Below, in pieces: positions 27,444 to 40,098 of a DNA stretch of 64,000 nt (the stretch's first letter is position 1; every line of letters begins with the position of its first letter). The notes beneath the pieces were generated by a model that was not told the DNA's origin, searched no databases, and saw only the letters and a list, made by a program, of their open reading frames with translations. The DNA lies in contig OZ024740.1 in the NCBI GenBank assembly GCA_964016885.1, forward strand, positions 132,990,001 to 133,054,000, in the 5' to 3' direction. A program made the position numbers and the translations under genes. Origin of the DNA: Eledone cirrhosa (taxonomy: Eukaryota).

Positions 27444-27872
27444 AAATGGTTACACAACAGTTAGTTCACCATACCGAGAACAATTGTTTCACCTTCGCGG
27501 ATCTTCAGCTCGGGATGTGTATGGTTATAGTAACAGGAAGGACAACCATATGAACGCGCATGCGCAGAAACACGGTCACTTCACAAAGGCAATACTTTAC
27601 TGCGTGCGGTAAGGGAGATAACTGCGAAAGTCCGGAATGTTTTTTGGTTGAAAATAGAATAAAAGAATTAAAAATAAAATTACAAAGAATCAGTCCGGAG
27701 CCTTGTAGTTATGCAATAGATGTTTGGTGACGTGTGGACAACGTGTGAAAAATTCACCTCGGGTGTTTAGGCAATTACTATTGCGTAATCTCTTTAGGAT
27801 TGTTATTCGTTCGTCAATACATAAGCCACACGTCGGATTTCCCCTTGCGTATGGCTTGGACTTAGAGATGGC
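27444..27872 (-). mobile_element. PLE 3' end, same family as 12887-15412
   Basis: Minus strand encodes PYARGNPTCGLCIDERITILKRL..CLNTRGEFFTRCPH followed by the pLTR. Confidence 0.85.
27474..27513 (-). ncRNA. Minimal type I hammerhead, intact core
   Basis: ccgag-CTGAAGA-tccgcgaaggt-GAAACaattGTT-ctcgg; palindromic AACAATTGTT stem III. Confidence 0.8.
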
Positions 27873-28997
27873 TATAGATATATAAATACGGCTCCTTAAT
27901 TGTAGAGCTAACTCTGTTGAAAGGACTTGACTGCTATTTCTAGTTGTCGAAAACCCTATTCACGCCACTAGGACGAAGCTGGTATGTTGTGTGTATTTTT
28001 AGTAGATACAGCACGTGTTATTGGTCAGTCGCTCATTTGAACTTAATGCGTAAACACAAATGGCTGGACTTCTTCCTTGTTGAAAATCGAAGTATCGGCC
28101 TCTGTGGTTTACCATTCGATTAATTGGTGAAATATATTTCTTTAATTGAATATATACAGGGAAGATTAATCATATTATAAGGTATCTATTTTTGAAGTTC
28201 TAGTTAACTTTATTTAGTTACCTACCTAGCTACGTGTGCTTACACACTTGTAAAAATTATCCCCTGTGATTGTTTCATATGTTTATTTATATGTTAATCA
28301 ATTTCTAGTTGTTATAAAATGCTCGGACCTATTCATTAGAATCTTGGAGCTTATTTTACGGGTGATATGGCGCATGCCTTTCTGGCATGACACCATAATT
28401 TTGATTTAGATTAAATTCACTTTGATTTATCTTAATTTGGATATAGATATATAAATACGGCTCCTTAATTGTAGATCTAAATCTGTTGAAAGGACTTGAC
28501 TGCTGTTTCTAGTTGTCGATAACCCTATTCACGCCACTAGGACGAAGCTGGTATGATGTGTGTATTTTTAGTAGATACAGCACGTGTTACTAGTCAGTCG
28601 CTGATTTGAACTTAATGTGTAAACACAGATGGCTGGACTTCTTCCTTGTTGAAAATCCAAGTATCGGCCTCCGTGGTTTACCATTCGATTAATTGGTGAA
28701 ATATATTTCTTTAATGGAATATATACAGGGAAGATTAATCATATTATAAGGTATCTATTTTTGGAGTTTATTTAGTTACCTACCTAACTATGTGTCCTTA
28801 CAAACTTGTAAAAAATAATCCCATGTGATTGTTTCATATGTTTATTTATATGTTAATCAATTTCTAATTGTTATAAAATGCTCGGACCTATTCATTATAA
28901 TCTTGGAGCTTATTTTACGGCTGATATGGCGCACGCCTTCTGGCATGACACCCATAATTTTGCTTTAGATTAAATTCTCCTTGATTTACCTTAATTT

Positions 28998-29000
<3 letters not shown>
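27873..29000 (+). repeat. Two tandem copies of an approximately 569-bp unit
   Basis: tatagatatataaatacggctcc at 27873 and 28442; units highly similar. Confidence 0.9.
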
Positions 29001-29089
<89 letters not shown>

Positions 29090-29521
29090 GAATTGGTGCT
29101 CTGAAATAGTTATATCTATATGAATGTATATATGGTGTATTTTGCAATACACTGTATGCTTAATTAAAAGCATTTCGAAGACCTTTTCGCTATTGTTGTA
29201 GAGTAGTGACAGTCTCACTTACTTTAATGTTCAGCAAAGAGGGAGATAAAGCTGACGGAGCACTGTTTCGCATTTTTTTATGCTTATCAAAGCTAACTAC
29301 TCCTCCTGTTTGCTGAAAATCATGGTTGTTTGATTCTTATAGAACTCTAGTAAATAATCAGGAACTGATTATACAGAGCGGTTGCCGGTCAAGCAGAAAT
29401 TGAAAATTAGAATTGGTGTTCTGAAATAGGTATATATATATGAATGTATAACAATAGCATAAGGTCTTCGAAATGCTTTTAATTAATCATACAATGTATT
29501 GCAAAATACACTATATATACA

Positions 29522-29574
<53 letters not shown>

Positions 29575-29580
<6 letters not shown>

Positions 29581-31325
29581 GAAAATCCGAAGGCATGGTC
29601 AAATTCCAATCATTTAAACACGACACATGTTTCAATAAGAGATAGATCGATTGTGAAGCCATGATCGATTATCACTGAACTCAACAGATGAAAGTGAATT
29701 GTCTTCAAATTCTTGATATGAGGGAGGGAAAAAAACGATGTTCTCTCACAGAATTCATTCCCTCATATGAAAACACACCAGTCAGAGACACGGCGACTGC
29801 TATTAACTTCATAAAAGTTGTCGGATTGCTATCGCTGTAAAAGATGCTGGACATCAATCCAATCTGTAGGGATATAGTTAATGTGAGTGGGTACACACAC
29901 ACTCCACACCCGTATACACCGGCTCGAGGTCAAAGAAAGAAATATATACATATACATACACACATCAACACAGTATAAACCTATAGAATTATTCAAGGTC
30001 ACAGTTAGTGTGGGTGGGTACACACACACACTCTCACACACACCGAAGCGATGTCAGAGAAAAAATATAAGGAAACAAATATAAGAATGTACCAACACAG
30101 CATTCACCGAAAGTTAGTTCACAAAACAACAGATACTATACTGGTCAAATCTCAAATTGACGATGTAAATTGGAAATATTGGGTTAACCCCATACACACA
30201 CACACACACACACACACAAGCAAGTAAGTTCAGTTCAGTGTTCTGCTATACGTGTATAGATTGAATTGTAACATCCATATCTTCAAGTGTATGTTATGGT
30301 ATATACACATCCGAATCGTCCAAAAAGGGGTATGTCTGGGTATACACACATCCATGTGAAGAGCAGAAATCAGCTTATATCGAATTCAGTATGTACCGCT
30401 GTCCCATTGAGAATCCGAGTCACCAAATCCGTGCGTGCAAGCAACCGCAATGTAGGCCAGCAAGGTGCTCCGCGTAGGGTTGGGTATTGGGTAAATGCGT
30501 CAGTAAGTGCGATTCCCGTCATATGGGCCAATGAACGTTTAAGATAGTTGTTTGAGTGGTGGAGGTGAGTTATCCAACACAGAAGGTGAAGTAAAAAAAG
30601 CAGGGTAGTAAAATCCAGACGATGTGTGTAGGCCCACTAATAGTGTGTAAGTAATATTGTTCAATCCATAACAGTGAGTCCTCCATGGTTAGATGATCAT
30701 GGATCAAAACCTAGTGTAGTGTTCAGTCGGTAGGAACGTGACAGTTGTAATTGTGGGAGCTCAGTGTCTAAAGTAAACGGGTAATGTGTGCATAGTTATG
30801 TATAGAGAGCCTAATCGGTCCTAACTATGTGTGTAATACGACTAGCTATATCACAACTGAGAGAACTCAATGGTTAGGGTATCTTAAAGTAAAGGTAGGT
30901 GCGCGTAATCAGTCATGCCTGAGTGTGCAATCAATTACTAACTAGATATTCTAGGTGTGTAATCAATGTAACTATTTACTAGCTAGGTACTCTAAAAAAG
31001 TGCACTCAGTTGTGAGAACTCCGTGGAAACAGGCCGAGTATCGTTTGTAAGTTCGCAAACAATCTTAGCGGTCTAACTATCTGAGTGTGTGACTGGCTGT
31101 TTATTGAGATAACTCTATGGCTAAAGTAGAGAGGGAGAAGTTAGTGGTAGGTTTCCTTTCAAAAATCCTGCGGAAGATTTTCGAGGTTCTATGTTGGCAG
31201 TTGTTGAAAAAATCATCTCTCCTATTAATTAATAGGGGGCCGCCTCTAATAATTTTAAACGTTTCAGCTATACATAAATTGCATACGCCAGTGCTGCCGT
31301 TATAAGGTTGGCTCAGCACAACATC
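29575..31325 (-). mobile_element. PLE 3' fragment with long 3' region
   Basis: 31101-31325 encodes QPYNGSTGVCNLCIAE..IIRGGPLLINRRDDFFNNCQHR; HHR-like motif at 29619-29693; ends at (TA)n. Confidence 0.7.
29619..29693 (-). ncRNA. Degenerate hammerhead with long stem II
   Basis: cat-CTGTTGA-g..gataatcgat..atcgatctatc..-GAAACatgtGTC-gtg. Confidence 0.5.
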
Positions 31326-31379
31326 AACTAGGTAGATATGTCTGCATGCATGCATATGTAGATATGGATGATATTGTAT

Positions 31380-34300
31380 GTGTGGATGTGTATGTTTTGA
31401 GTTGTATGTGTATAGCTTTGTATCTGTACATATTTATATGCAGTTATTAGATGCAAAATGTTTGGAATGTTTTACATTAATGGATTGTACTTGTTTAGAA
31501 TGTTTTCCATTAATGGATTGTACTTGTAATTTCCTAACTAGTTGTGTTCTTTCCGTTCCTGTAAAGCCCAGCTTCTCAAGATTTGTATTGAGACAGTTAC
31601 TAACATATCCCAGTGGCCAATAACCACAGGCATACATCTGAAGGCATAATCAGGGTGGAGTATCTGCAGTTTTCTCATCAGTTCTGCATTAATATTCTCC
31701 TTTTCGCTAATCTTTGTGCATGCCTTCTTTTCGCTGTCCCATATCATAATATCTGGTCTGTTATGCCTGCATTTTATTGGTGTTTTTACTGGAACATTCC
31801 ACCAGTACTCTTTCATATTAGGTATATGTATGTCTTCCACATTGATGTAGTTTTTAATGTGTTTATTATCGGGGCTATCTTTTCTACGGATTGCATTGTA
31901 CAGTGTTTGGGCCACTACATTATGACTCATAGGTAGATAGTACCGCGATGACATCTTTCGACAGCTGCTTATGACATGGGTGACATCTTCGATGTTAATT
32001 ATGCAGAGTCTGCACTTGTTATAACATCTAGGTGTTTTGTCTGCATCCCTATCTCTTTTGTGAATCAGGTATTTCGTGTAGATTTCCTGTACTTGGATTG
32101 CAAAAGCGTATCCTTCAAAATGGGAGCCAATATAGCGGTTGTTGGTCCAAGATGGACTACCTTCTTTATTTATATTACTCTCACTCTGGAGCTTCCTGGC
32201 AACATATCCATGCATGATGGTTTGCTGATAAGCATGCAGTGTTTCATCCATGGATTCACTGCGATACTGCTGAGCAAGTTCTCTGGGTGTGAGTTTTTGA
32301 TTATCACACAGGGAATAGCTCTCGAGGAGTTCCTTCCCAATTCTCATGATCTTATCTGTTTCATGCAGATAGACCTGCTCGAGAGACGGGCTCCTACGCT
32401 TTGAGTTTCGTAGATGTTTTCGGAGGGATATGATGCAACATTCAAATGCTGTCTGGACTGATGTTAGGCCTCTGCTTTCCTGCTTACGTTTCAAGTAAAG
32501 GCGGTCTATGTCACTGTTGATGTTGAAGTTTCCGGTGTTGTTTAGTATTTTTTCAACTTCTAACATCAATCGCTCGGATTTCGTCTATCGTCCAATTCAG
32601 TATTCCAAAAGTTGGTGTTAGGACAGGCACAGCAAACACATTGTGAGCCACTGTTTTGTTTTGCGGAGAGAGTTCCGATGACCATATATTTCTTAATCGG
32701 GTGTAGTATTCCCTGGTTACGCGTTCCTTATTACAGATACCATTATAGGATATGTTCTCCTCTATCCCCAGGTATCTGTAGTAGTTCTCATCAGATATTG
32801 GTGAAACAGTTAGGCCATTGATGACAATGTTGCTAGATTGGGTTGTTGTTTTTTCCCCGATTTACAATCATATATGAGCATTTATCTTGGCCAAACTCCA
32901 TTCCTATATCCTTTGAGAATGTTGTAACCAGGTTAAGATTTGTTTTCATCCCATCCATGTTCTTGGCATAGAGTTTCAGATCATCCACAAAGAAATTATG
33001 GGTTAGGTTCGTATTTCTGTCCTCCTGTGAGCCAATGATGTATTCTTCACATTTCTTGAGCAGAAAGGACAAGGGGTTTAATGACAGGATGAATAATATC
33101 GAGCTGCTTGTTCATTTGTGATGATGTTATTATTTTCACAGTGATCTTGGAAGAATAGTTTCAGCCAGGTTATATACATCTAATACATCAGGTTCTGGCA
33201 TGCAATGGGTCGGTAGTCTTTTGCCAGATGGGTGTCTTTTTTCTTGGGGACCAGTAATGTTTGTGCTAATGTCAACCATTCTGGTATAAGTGTATCTCCC
33301 TTGAGAACTTGTTGGTAGAGGTTGGTAAGATACCTCCGATAGAGTATCCGATTTTTGTACCAGTAGTCGACAATCATATCTCTTCCTGGTGTTTTCTCAT
33401 CTTGGAGTTTTCCTATCACAGTCTCAAGGGTACCCTCATTTATTTCGCATGTTTTGTTGTAGTGTAGGAGCAATAGATCTTTTGGATTTATTTTAGCCAC
33501 ACTGCATCTTGGTTGAAATTCTTCTGTTTACCCCATAATTTGCTCCAAAAGGAATCTACATCTTTCTGGGATGGGGCCTCAGTGACACTTATTATCTCGC
33601 CCTTCATATCTCTATAGACTGATGTTTAGTTTCGTCAGAATCTTTTATTAATCACTTTTCTTTCATCTACCTTCTTCAGGTATCGGCGTTTTTCGCTAAC
33701 AGTCTCAATTCTTGTATGAGGGTGATCAGATTATATTGAAGAGTTCTGGTTCTACTGTTACCAAACATCGTCTCTATTTTATTTTTCACTCTTTGCTGGT
33801 GAGGAGTGAAATTTGTTTGTATTTGTTTGCATGTAAGGAGCATTGTCACATATCCTATGGTGTTTCGTAGGTCAGCAATCTTTTTTTCTATTTTAGTTAT
33901 ATATGATGGTATTTTGGTGGTGTTTTGTTCTTGTTAATATCTCTGGTATCCCCAAGATAATGCTTCACTGTCGTTGCTAAGGCATATAAACAGGCGTTGA
34001 TTTGCCAAATTGTTGGGGTTTTTATCCGTCGTAAATTTTCTTCCCCTATTTCCTCAATAACACGTAATATTTCATTATTTGTTTTTTTATTAAATATTGT
34101 TGTTTTATAACGTTCAGCAAGAGAAATGTTTATACATTAATTTCTCTCTGGAAGATTTCGTTGATGGAAGTTTTCAATTGTTTATACTTTTGATTATTAT
34201 CATTATCGATAGTATTTTCAACAATAGACTCGGATGGTACACGTGGTGTCAAATTTCTTCGATTATTATTATTAATTCTTCGATTATTATTATTATCGAT

Positions 34301-34985
34301 ATGTTTTCCCCGGCATTCGAGGTAAACTTAGACGGTATACGTGGTGTGAAATTTCTTACAGGCATAGTTGTTTCAAGGACCTGTTCGACCTGGCTGCTAG
34401 GAGAATCTAGTAACATAGCGACTTGTAGCACGTGTCGTTGATTCTATGTTTGTTGTGGGGGGACTTACAATTAATAATATTTATCTTATTTTTACGTTCA
34501 TCAAACGTCGCTTGTTGGAGTAATTGTTTCACTGTGAAATGATTTAGCTCTGGGTGTATTTCGTCCCGGTGTAGCTTCATTCTGTTCATATAGACAATGG
34601 AGGGATTTTTTTTTGACATTTTATAACAATTTAATAAATCATCATTAAGTTCGCAACTCCAAGAGAAATGCGATTTATAATTTCGGTTTCTTCTGTAGCT
34701 ACAACTGAATTAAATTTGTTTAACTTTCTCGTTATTCTTCGGTACTCCGCTGATGTTGTTGTTGATGTTGTGTTCAGCCATGCTGTTTGTAGCAAATCCT
34801 TGTAAAATGAATTATGTAATTAGTCGGATATCTCTACGAATTTGAATAAAAGGTGTCTTCAGTAGATAGAATATCCAGTTATTCAACATCACTGGTAGTT
34901 GTGGCATTACTGTCGGAGATAGTATTCATATTTAATTTAATGAATAGTCTGCCACATCAAAATATGCGACTTATCGCGTTGACTG
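31380..34985 (-). mobile_element. Decayed R4/Dong-type non-LTR retrotransposon (RT + RLE)
   Basis: KTPGRD, DYRPIAC, HNFFVDDLKLY, DIDRLYLKR, CRLC..EDVTHVISSC, RPDIMIWD; multiple breaks. Confidence 0.85.
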
Positions 34986-35043
34986 ACTATGTATGTATGT
35001 ATGTATGTATGGATGGATGGATGGATGGATGGATGTATGTATG

Positions 35044-35081
<38 letters not shown>

Positions 35082-35460
35082 TGTGGGTGTGTGAGTGTGT
35101 TTTATTTCAATAATTCGTATTGGTGAATCACTGCAAGCTATGGTTATCCATAAGGTATTACGTATACTGTATCAGGCTGTGTATCCTTATTAAGAAAAAA
35201 GAGAGACTGAATTGCATGTTCAACTTTAGTTGTCTAAAGAAGAAACAACAACTCTTCGACAGCGGCCATATCAAAACCAAAAACAAAAACAGAGCATTGT
35301 ATATATTTTTCCCACCTCTCTGATGACAGCGAATTAAATAATTATGATTTAAGACATTATTTTCCCTTTGAAATGTGCAGGTCTGATGTAAAAATATATA
35401 TACTAAATTTGAATATGTAAAACTATCTCACTTCTTCTCTTTCAATATATATACACACAA

Positions 35461-35542
<82 letters not shown>

Positions 35543-35671
35543 ATAATAAGAACAGTAATAATTATTATAATACTCGAGATAAGATTAACTGTCGAGTGCT
35601 TCGTATCTGTAATGAATATAACTCTGTTGATTACATATCAACAAAGTCTCTAACTCATTGTTTATATATAA

Positions 35672-35706
<35 letters not shown>

Positions 35707-35875
35707 CCTATATGTATGGAATTAGCAGTACCATTGAGGCAACGTTTAAGCATAAAATCTCAGAAATGCAAACAAAATTATTTTCGTTACGAAAAATAAT
35801 ATTTTTGATAGCGAGGCTACCATAAGGATTTGTGTATATAAACATGGTATATTCTTTCATATGCAACCAACAAAC

Positions 35876-36029
<154 letters not shown>

Positions 36030-36330
36030 TGTGTGTGTGTGCGTGCGTGTGCGTGTGTGTGTGTCTGTGTGGTGTGTGTGTGTACACTAAAATATGTACG
36101 TCCATACAGGCTGAAATATTATTATAGAAATAATGTCAGAAATATTCATTAATGTTTAATAAATCTTTGTAGGAAGGCTGCATATGATATTATAATTTCA
36201 TAAAAGTATGCGATTTAAGAACAGGTGAATTTTTATTAAATATTTGACGAAACTTTATTATTAGCGCTCTTAAGAAAATAATAAAATTGTAATAATAATA
36301 TTAAGAACAAAACCACCAAGAAAAAAAATC

Positions 36331-36383
<53 letters not shown>

Positions 36384-36643
36384 TTTCTTTATTAACCACA
36401 AGGGTTTACATAAAGTAGACATTAAGGACAGTGCAGGACAATGCAGGACGGTACAAATGGGCATTTCTGCGTGTAAAAAAACAAAAACAGAGGATGTAAC
36501 AAAAATAACAATGAAAATAACAATGAAAAATTCCCCAATAGGGGGGAGACTTCGGAGGGACATTTGTGGAGAAAGCCCAGTAAAAAGCCACAATGACCCT
36601 GACCACCAAGGCAAGTGCCCTCTCCCAGTTTTCCACCTTTAGT

Positions 36644-39600
36644 TTACAGATATATACTCAGAGTCGGCCCATTCACTCGGGCCATTCTTGCTTCTCTCAC
36701 CCATCTTTCAACAAAATGCTGGGAAGAGAGCACTTCCTTCTCTACTCTGATTTTCCTTTTCAAATGAAATTTGAAAAAGTCAATCAGAGCATCACCGAAG
36801 AGGTAAGTGCTCGTCTTCAGCCCTTTCAAACGTGTCCACCATACTATCTCTTTCGCCATGGCCACCAGACAGATAAAAACTGCCTGCCCTTCCCGGCTAA
36901 AGGAGGAGGGCGGGGCAATCCTCACGATAGACTCAGGTGATAGCTGGATCCGTCCTAAACGCGACAGCAGGTGTTCGACATAAACCCACAAGTCAGCAAT
37001 TTTCGGACACTGGACGAGTGCGTGCAGGACGGTTTCGTCGCCCTGCGCGCATCTCGGACATGCCCGGCTGACGGCACCTCCATGCCTGTAGAGTTTATCC
37101 CGAACTGGCAAGGCTCCTCGGTAGCACTGCCAGGCCAGAGATTTCTGGAAGTTGTCCATAGGCCCTGGCCCGAAAGTTCTTCCGAAGAGATTGGCTAGTT
37201 GATTTTCGTCGACGCCTAGAGTTTCCCCAAGTACGTCGTCGCTCTTCCCCTCCACTAATCCTCTATAGAACGCCGAGGTGGAGTTTCCACCGATCACATT
37301 GCCCGATTGGTCGAGGGCTGTGAGCGCCTGAAGACATTCCAGTCTCCAGGCGCTCCCTCTCGGTCTTCGCTTGACCCAGGACTGCAGCTCCGTCAAGGAA
37401 ACGAGCTGGGGAAAAACGCGTCTAGCAAACGGCGACCACACCTGATCACCGTCGAGGAAGAGGTGGAGATGTCGTAGCCTGAGCGCGTGCCTGCGCATCA
37501 TCAGCCACGGCATGCCCAGCCCTCCACGTAGCGGGTGTTGACAACAGATGGACCGCCTGACCATCGGAGCACGTCCCTTCCACAAAAAGCGAAAGAGCAA
37601 ACGCTCCAGCGCAGTCAGGCGAGGCTTAGGACAAGGTACGACGGTTAGGCGGTAGCAGATGACAGACGCGATGTACGCGTTAGCCACCTCCGCTCGACCT
37701 TTCAGGGATAGCTTCCTCTCCGCCCATTTCTGGGTGAGAGAAGCCACCCTGCTCGTCACCTCGTCCCAGTTTTTGTCCGTCTGGAGGTCCGGACCGAACC
37801 AGACCCCTAGCAATTTAACCGGTCCGTCCGTCCAGCGCCCGACGACGCTGTTGGACGGCATGGACCTGCCTCTCCAGGTGCCGAGCTGCAGGCCCACTGA
37901 CTTTTCCTGGTTGATCATTGCTCCTGTCACCGCTTCGTATTCTCTTAGTGTAGTGCCGATCGCCTCGATGTGTTTGGCGTTCGACACCACTACGGTGACA
38001 TCGTCCGCATATGCTGACACGGATCTTCCGCATCCTAGTTCGCGCGGGACTCCCCTCAACGTCTCCAGTTTGTGCAGTAATGGCTCGAGAGTCAATACGT
38101 ACAAGAGGGACGAGAGGGGACATCCTTGGCGGACCGAGCGCATGATGTTGAACGGTTCCGACAGGTGACCGTTCACTCTCACCACAGAGCAGATGTCGCT
38201 GTGCATGGCAGCGATCCAGCCTCTGAAGACGGGCCCAAAGCCAGCCGCCCTCAGGACTGCCGCTAGGTAACGATGGTCGACCCTATCGAAAGCTTTCGAC
38301 TGATCTAAATTGATCAAGGACCCACCCGTGCCAGGTTCCCTAGCTACCCTCTCTACGATGTATCGCATGAGGTGGAGGTTGTCGTGGATGGATCTGTCGG
38401 GAATGGCGCATGTCTGCGCCTCTCCCACCAGGCCACCAACGACAAGCGCCAACCTCTTTGCTAGCACCTTGGCCAAAATCTTAAACTCTGTGTTTAGCAG
38501 AGTTATGGGCCGGAAATTGTCTATGTTATCCCCCTTGTTCGGATCCTTTCTCAGCAGTGCCACCGCTCCTCGGCTCACAGAACTGGGAATTCTCCCGTTC
38601 TGTTGCCAGTTGCAGTAGACGTCCGCCAAGAGGCCTCCGAACAAGTCTGGCATCTGTACGTAAAGTTCATAGGGCAGACCATCCAAACCAGGCGATTTAC
38701 CCCTTGTGCAGCCAGTCATTGCCTCCCGTACTTCAGCGGCTGTTATCGGCTTTTCGCAACACTTCGCCTCAGTGGCCGAGAGCCGCGGCAGTCCGTCGAG
38801 GTAGACACTAAAGTCCATCCCTCTACCCGGCCCCCCGCTGCCCCCGAACAGCTGAGCGAAGTGTCGCTGAAAAGCTTCACACATTTGCCCGGGATCGAGT
38901 AGCATGCGCCCGTCGTGCTCCACCAAAGACCGGATCGTGGCTTTGTTGCCACGACGCGCCTCCGCCACTCGGGCCCATTGAACGGCTTTCGTCCCCTCGT
39001 GTCTGAGAGCACGCACCCTAGCTCTGACAACGCAGCCTTCGTGCTTTGCATTGAAGAATTGGTCAAGGGCCAATTTCGCCGCAAGCACGTCGGTCGCAAT
39101 GCCTTTGCTAAGCGCCTCGTCTAATTTTCTAACTAGTTCTCCCTCTGCTCTATTTTTCTCTATTGCTAAAGCCTTACTAAACCTAATCGATTCTATTCTA
39201 ATCGCTCTTTTCAGAGCAAACCACCACTTGTTGTTGACGATGGCCCCCGTCAACGCCCGCTTAACTAGTTCGCTAATCCGGTCTCTGTAGGCCTTGCGCG
39301 CTGGTAAGGACGCGTTTAGCTTCCAGTAGCCGGGTCCTCGTCTATGAAGCCTATCTAAGTCAAGCACACAGATCACGAATTTGTGGTCCGTGTAGCTGAC
39401 TATCTTGAATTGTGGACAGCCTATGCTAGACCTATCTATTTCCCTACAAAATACTCTATCTAGATATGATCTGGATGACCCTATGCGGTTTGTCCAAGTC
39501 CACATTGGCACATTCGGGAAATCCAATCGGTACCTGTCAGACAGTTCAAAACGCCTGAGCAGGTTGGTGAGGCTCTTGCACCCTCCACCCCTATCCGCTA

Positions 39601-40063
39601 ATCCCACACAGTCCCAGCGTGCATCTAAGATCCCGTTCCAGTCGCCCACTAACACTAAAGAGCGGGACGTTCCAAGAAAGGTCTCCAGACGCCGGAAGAA
39701 ATCAGGCCGCCCTGCTCCTGTCGGGGTATAGACGGCCACTAGCCTGAAAGCTTGCCCGTCTCCGCTGGTCACGTCCAGCACCACCAGCTTACCCTCTGGG
39801 TCCAGGAAGATGGCCCGTATGGCGAGATCCAAACCTCTCCGAAAAAGCACAGCAACTCCTCCACCGGATCCAGGACGGCTGGGAGATGCGTACACATCGT
39901 AGCCGCCGAAGATCGGTGCGAAGGCCCGTGCTTCGGAGATTCTGGTCTCGCTGATGGCCACTACATCTATGTTTAGTGACCTGAGGTCGTTGAGCAGGTG
40001 ACCCTGCTTCCATGACGACCCCAAGCCACGCGCATTTATGCTGCCTATTCTGAGTGAGGTCAT
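36644..40063 (-). CDS. LINE ORF2: APE endonuclease + reverse transcriptase + C-terminal zinc motif (1139 aa)
   Basis: SINARGL, SET, GDWN, SYLDR, TDH (APE); KSPGLDG, FRPITLLN, DQSKAFDRV, VRQGCPLS, YADD (RT); CPRC..ETVLHALVQC. Confidence 0.95.
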   Translation of the reverse strand: MTSLRIGSINARGLGSSWKQGHLLNDLRSLNIDVVAISETRISEARAFAPIFGGYDVYASPSRPGSGGGVAVLFRRGLDLAIRAIFLDPEGKLVVLDVTSGDGQAFRLVAVYTPTGAGRPDFFRRLETFLGTSRSLVLVGDWNGILDARWDCVGLADRGGGCKSLTNLLRRFELSDRYRLDFPNVPMWTWTNRIGSSRSYLDRVFCREIDRSSIGCPQFKIVSYTDHKFVICVLDLDRLHRRGPGYWKLNASLPARKAYRDRISELVKRALTGAIVNNKWWFALKRAIRIESIRFSKALAIEKNRAEGELVRKLDEALSKGIATDVLAAKLALDQFFNAKHEGCVVRARVRALRHEGTKAVQWARVAEARRGNKATIRSLVEHDGRMLLDPGQMCEAFQRHFAQLFGGSGGPGRGMDFSVYLDGLPRLSATEAKCCEKPITAAEVREAMTGCTRGKSPGLDGLPYELYVQMPDLFGGLLADVYCNWQQNGRIPSSVSRGAVALLRKDPNKGDNIDNFRPITLLNTEFKILAKVLAKRLALVVGGLVGEAQTCAIPDRSIHDNLHLMRYIVERVAREPGTGGSLINLDQSKAFDRVDHRYLAAVLRAAGFGPVFRGWIAAMHSDICSVVRVNGHLSEPFNIMRSVRQGCPLSSLLYVLTLEPLLHKLETLRGVPRELGCGRSVSAYADDVTVVVSNAKHIEAIGTTLREYEAVTGAMINQEKSVGLQLGTWRGRSMPSNSVVGRWTDGPVKLLGVWFGPDLQTDKNWDEVTSRVASLTQKWAERKLSLKGRAEVANAYIASVICYRLTVVPCPKPRLTALERLLFRFLWKGRAPMVRRSICCQHPLRGGLGMPWLMMRRHALRLRHLHLFLDGDQVWSPFARRVFPQLVSLTELQSWVKRRPRGSAWRLECLQALTALDQSGNVIGGNSTSAFYRGLVEGKSDDVLGETLGVDENQLANLFGRTFGPGPMDNFQKSLAWQCYRGALPVRDKLYRHGGAVSRACPRCAQGDETVLHALVQCPKIADLWVYVEHLLSRLGRIQLSPESIVRIAPPSSFSREGQAVFICLVAMAKEIVWWTRLKGLKTSTYLFGDALIDFFKFHLKRKIRVEKEVLSSQHFVERWVREARMARVNGPTLSIYL

Positions 40064-40098
40064 GTTTAAAATAGAGTGGAAAAGATGGGAAAGACCAC

